Positions 59,680 to 64,000 of a DNA stretch of 64,000 nucleotides are shown here, piece by piece. The notes under the pieces were generated by a model. The model saw only the letters and a list, made by a program, of their open reading frames with translations. It searched no databases and was not told where the DNA came from. The stretch lies in NCBI GenBank assembly GCA_051294905.1, contig CM119386.1, forward strand, positions 11,284,001 through 11,348,000, in the 5' to 3' direction. Numbering within the stretch: position 1 is the first letter of the stretch; each line of letters begins with the position of its first letter. The position numbers were made by a program, and so were the translations under genes. The DNA is from Botryllus schlosseri (lineage: Eukaryota).

Positions 59680-60519
59680 AGACAGCCGAGACTTACATTT
59701 CATTGTAATTTCGAAGAATAGTAAAGTAATCAAACTATTGGTATTACGTCTATTGATACAGGTAGGCCTACTTGAAATGCGACCAGAAACAGCTAAGAGT
59801 GAGGAAAATTAAAGTAGGCTATTATAAATGCGAACCAGCATTCGATATCACCAAACAGAGTTATAAAAAATGGGCTTAACAAGACTTTAACTGGAAAATG
59901 AGCAGCCAACACAATGACTTGGACTCGGACTCGACCCTCTGTTCGCTTACTTGGACTCGGACTTGACTCAGTGGTGAATTGAAAATGACTCGACTCGACA
60001 AAACGGTCAAAGTGAGATTGACTTGTGACTCGGAGCCTTGTGACTTGGTTACAATAACCCTGCCATCTGGAACGGTTTATTGCTCAAGTTTGAGCTATCG
60101 CAGTAACTCAGTTCTGCTTTGATGTGACAGACACTTTTCGCCACAATAGGTAAGATTCTTTTAGATCCGGCACTTTGTCAAAATGTGGTTGCTCGGCTCA
60201 TACCTAAGATAGTGACGTTGATCAGTATCAGTATCAGTTTGTTAATATATTTACATCATTTAAAAACACCACAAAAACTGCGATACAATAAAAAGATAGG
60301 AAGGTACCGAAACGACTTGAAGTATAGCTCAATGATATCCCGGCTTCCGTCCTATGCGCTCGACCAACCTCCTCCTTGCATGAAGAGAAATATTGTGGTG
60401 CTGTTCCAATAATCTTGCGGTTCCTTAGCATCGCCATCTTCCAATCATGTCGACGATGAAGACGAAAATGGGCATTGGGCATACCTTCTTTTCCTTCCCA
60501 CTATAGGCTACCTCTACGC

Positions 60520-60892
60520 CAGTGGTTTCCAACCTGTTTTTTTTTCGACTGAAGGGAGTTATTAGTTCAGGTGGGGTTTATTTTGAGTTTTTTGAAGCCG
60601 TCGTCGTCGATAGGGGCAATCCCACCAATGACGGCCATCGGGGATTGGATTCTTACCTGACCAAATTCCGTTTTAATATATTTGACCACAAGAATTCCAA
60701 ATGGATCCACTACAGAAATCATATACTGCGCCTCAAAATGGGCACTGGGCAGTTTATTTTCTGTTTCTCCCCCTTCGGGGAATATTTTTTGACTGCCATC
60801 GGCGCGCGTAACTTATGTAGGTGGTACACGCGAGCAATATGTATAGAACCTCGAAATGGTAAGTGGGTGGAAAAAGATTGGACGAACCACTG
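60520..60892 (+). mobile_element. Buster/Charlie-type hAT MITE family D, copy 2
   Basis: Ends CAGTGGTTTCCAACC/GAACCACTG; TSD CTCTACGC/CTCTACGT (7/8); homologous to 13857-14311. Confidence 0.85.
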
Positions 60893-62854
60893 CTCTACGT
60901 TGATGGAAGATTTCAAATTGCAACTTCGGCTCGGACAATTCCAGATTGCTCCGACTGCGATCACGACTCAGTCAACTTACCGTGATTCCGATCCCGAATC
61001 CATTTAGCAATGCCGTTTTAGATGACTTACAACTATGATTTCATCAGGTATGCTTATAACTGTTCCGATTTGAGCTTGGAACAAAGAGGTGGTAAAATCA
61101 GCCATTCATGATAATGTAACGGCGCAAATTTCTACTCAGTTGCGAGGGGTAGTAGGCTAATTTACGAGACGATTCAAAACCACTTCAAGAGGAAGTTCAA
61201 AATTAACGTATAAAATTATTGAAGTTGGTAATTAATAGATTTTGTCATTGTCTCATACTAACGAATTTGCAGGTTGCATCTTCCCGACTATTATAAAATG
61301 ACCAATGACATTACAATTATAGTTCAATTCTCGATAGACGGTCACTGTTCACTGCGTTTAGTAGCCGTGATACAGTGGCTATTTCACACAGTTGTTACAA
61401 TTTCAGATATGCCTGAGTAAGCAGTGGTAGTGTAAGTATGGAAACAGCAACCTATAAATAAAGATCAAGAAACTCGAAATTGCAAAGTCTATATATCAGT
61501 TCCCCTTGCACCGCTAAATTCAACGACGTTTTCACTTCGGAATCCCAAAGTGCATAACCATAACTATCGAGCGTCCTCGTCCAATTACCATATGTTCGGC
61601 ATGAACTACAAGATAACGTATTTCCCTATCAATTATGCCCGAGACTCAACTACGTCGTTCACCGATCGTGTCCTATCCAGCTTGTCCATGTCCAATGTCC
61701 ATATTAAAGTCGAAGTGTCGAACTAAATGGGCCTACCAGCAGTCGTTCGATATTTACCGGGCCGCGATCTAGAATATCAACTTCGCCTACCGACACAAGC
61801 AACTTCATTTACATTCTCCGTACGTTCAACCATCTTCTATCACTTTTCATTCAGTTTTCGAGCCTATTCTAGGTTAAAGTGAGTAACTGATTGACAGATA
61901 ACTCGTTTCGCTTATGGTATTTTGAACTGACGAAATCAATAATATAACATACTGATCACCTCCGCTCGGAGCTTTAAAGGACCGACAAGGTAATTACCCC
62001 TTCGTCACCTATGATATCCTACTGATATCTCGCGATCAACAATAATCCCATAAAGAAGATCACTATTGTAAAATTCAACTTTATTTTATTAGGCCGTCAA
62101 AAAATAAAAGAAAAGCGTCACCTGCACAGGCAGGTCACATGTAATACAACGAAATCACGAATCGTCCGCGCATCAGACATGAATCCAAAGCGGCTCGCAG
62201 AAGCGTTTTCACAAATCATACAAGCGGATCAAATTAGCCATCAATCCGCTTAACACCGAGAAAACGTCAATCAAAGAAAATCAGAGACATGAACACAGCA
62301 GCATAAATAATGACGGAGTATCAAGTTATTTGCGAAATACTCTACAAGGTATCAGCTAACAAGCAAGTGCTGTTCAGCATCTCTATCCTCTGCACAATTT
62401 GTGTAGATTTATACCACAATACCTTCCAAGTGCAATTAGGTCTCGCTGATGACCCTCAAATAGAAATTCCAGTTCTGCGGGCTCCTTGCATTGACTCACA
62501 AATTCTACCATTGCGAGCAGCACCAGAAGTCATCATCGTCATTAAAGTGGTACATAAATAATGTGAAAAAGTCGTTTACAAAATAACGTAAGCAAGCGGC
62601 CAAGATAACGAAATCGTGTGGTGGTTAGATCAGCAGATTACTTGCAGCATCCTTATACAAACCCGAGGACAATGTAAGAAAGAAGACGGTACACGTTGTA
62701 CAGACAGAATAACGTAATTTCCTAAACACAACAGGATATTAAAGCCAAAAGAAGCGGGGTGGAAAAACGCGCGACTCGAAAAATAAGAAAAGAGCTAAGG
62801 TGGCTGTGAATAAATAATGGAAGTATGTATGTACACATGTACAGCTTGTCGCGG

Positions 62855-63089
62855 CTAAAAAAGATTGTCCTCGAAATTTTTCATAATATCAGATTGCGAA
62901 TTCATGTCGATTTGTCCGGCCATTTGCTGTCTGCGGCGCCGTTGCATCTCGCGCATTCTTGCGATGCTCGCCGTGTCGGCCGCACTTGGTGGGTTGGCCG
63001 CTTGACCGTTTCCGTTTGTGACGGGCGTCGGTTCGGGTTTCGGTGGATCTGGCTTGACCACAGTAGTAGTAGCAGCGGCCGCTTCTTGC
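62855..63089 (-). CDS. Terminal coding exon of an unidentified gene whose 5' part lies upstream or off-window
   Basis: Acceptor TTTTAACTCCCAG at 63090. Reads QEAAAATTTVVKPDPPKPEPTP...ARMREMQRRRRQQMAGQIDMNSQSDIMKNFEDNLF* with protein-like composition. Minus-strand AATAAA near 62080-62090. Confidence 0.75.
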
Positions 63090-63466
63090 CTGGGAGTTAA
63101 AATATAATTGTCATATGCACTGTGGCATTCAGGAGGAAATGGATTTGTTGTCGAATACGTTTAATGCACTGCGTCCACAGCAGGGAGGCAAACTGTTTTT
63201 AACAGAATAATTCATAGAGTTAAAAGAGAATGTATCTGCCACGTTTACAGTATATCTGTTCTCAAAATAGTGAGAAAGGGAGCTATCCTATATTTGAATA
63301 CCGCGGCATCACTGAAATAACATTAAAATCCATCTTTTCATTTGTAAGGCGTAAAAATAATCTAAAAAAGAAATAGTTTGACTTTGAAAGCTGTCGATGT
63401 ACGGCAATTGAGTGGAAGTACTATTGATACACAACTATTCGAGTAAGGTACGATAGTAGTCTAAAC

Positions 63467-63740
63467 TAGGGTTAGCCTGCCATATTTTGAGATCCGTCAA
63501 GGAGGACACTTTTCACAGGCTGCAAAATTCACTACAGCGGACGAGAAAACGGGTAATTTTCAAATATATACGGCTAACGTCGTTGGGTTTACTAAAAAAA
63601 GGTCAAAGACTCCCGAAATCCCCATCTCCCGTTAATTCGGCCCACATTTCGAATTTTTATTGGACATTTGGGCGAAGGGACAACATTTCTTGAAATAGGA
63701 GGACAAATCCTCCCAGAGGGGGACGTATATGGTGACCCTA
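63467..63740 (+). mobile_element. Family B-related hAT MITE
   Basis: Ends TAGGGTTAGCCTGCCATA/TATGGTGACCCTA; TSD GTCTAAAC/GTCTTAAC (7/8); GAGGACA subterminal motifs. Confidence 0.8.
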
Positions 63741-64000
63741 GTCTTAACACACTCGTGACAGAGATACAAATGCAAAGACATGCCCACACTACTTTCTACT
63801 TGACAAAATCCAAAGAGTAAAAGCAAGATTTGCTTATAAAACTGTTTAGTAAAAGAGAAAGTAGTCCAAACACACAACCACTTGACTAAGCCCTACAAGT
63901 AGACAAAAATCTAATTGGGCACTCGAAAAAGTAAAACGTTCTTTCTCCTATGCTCAGGAGTGGGTTAACAAGACCACATCTGTAAAATATCAAAACGCAC

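Larger units (their letters stand above)
58496..60062 (+). mobile_element. Family C hAT MITE (TIR CAGGGTTGTAA), outer host of a nested insertion
   Basis: Starts CAGGGTTGTAATGACTCGAGTC and ends GACTTGGTTACAATAACCCTG; flanks ACGTCTGG/CCATCTGG (6/8). Its two halves rejoin collinearly once 58673-59687 is removed. Confidence 0.85.

Noticed and set aside
60960-61010. Minus-strand ATG plus strong donor (MDSGSESR|GTAAGT) as the first exon of another gene
   Set aside because: No consistent downstream exon chain could be built.

Overview
Eukaryotic, intron-rich animal DNA, probably a marine invertebrate deuterostome such as an ascidian (inferred from many 57-80 nt introns and gene content; not proven). 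Reading splice sites and frames by eye gives four protein-coding genes and one tRNA: (1) a Dmrt93B-type DM+DMA transcription factor (minus, 1843 to <1, runs off the window); (2) tRNA-Leu(AAG) at 7681-7762; (3) a 4-exon, 221-aa claudin/PMP22-superfamily gene (plus, 9872-15063); (4) a ~33 kb centrosomin/CDK5RAP2/myomegalin-family gene (minus, 52124-19337; 51 phase-consistent exons, ~2324 aa, with CM1, an SxIP-like motif, CM2 and three extra frame-preserving micro-exon candidates); (5) the last coding exon of an unidentified gene (minus, 63089-62855). Non-coding DNA is dense with non-autonomous hAT elements with 8-bp target-site duplications (TSDs). These include a three-level nested insertion (58496-60062), a 665-bp foldback element (5595-6259) and decayed transposase remnants. 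A possible orphan gene or pseudogene with a duplicated exon-intron unit lies at 56.8-57.6 kb. Most ORFs in the supplied track are antisense shadows or noise. No CRISPR array, rRNA or intact transposase was found. All coordinates were counted by hand; TE family letters are my own labels.
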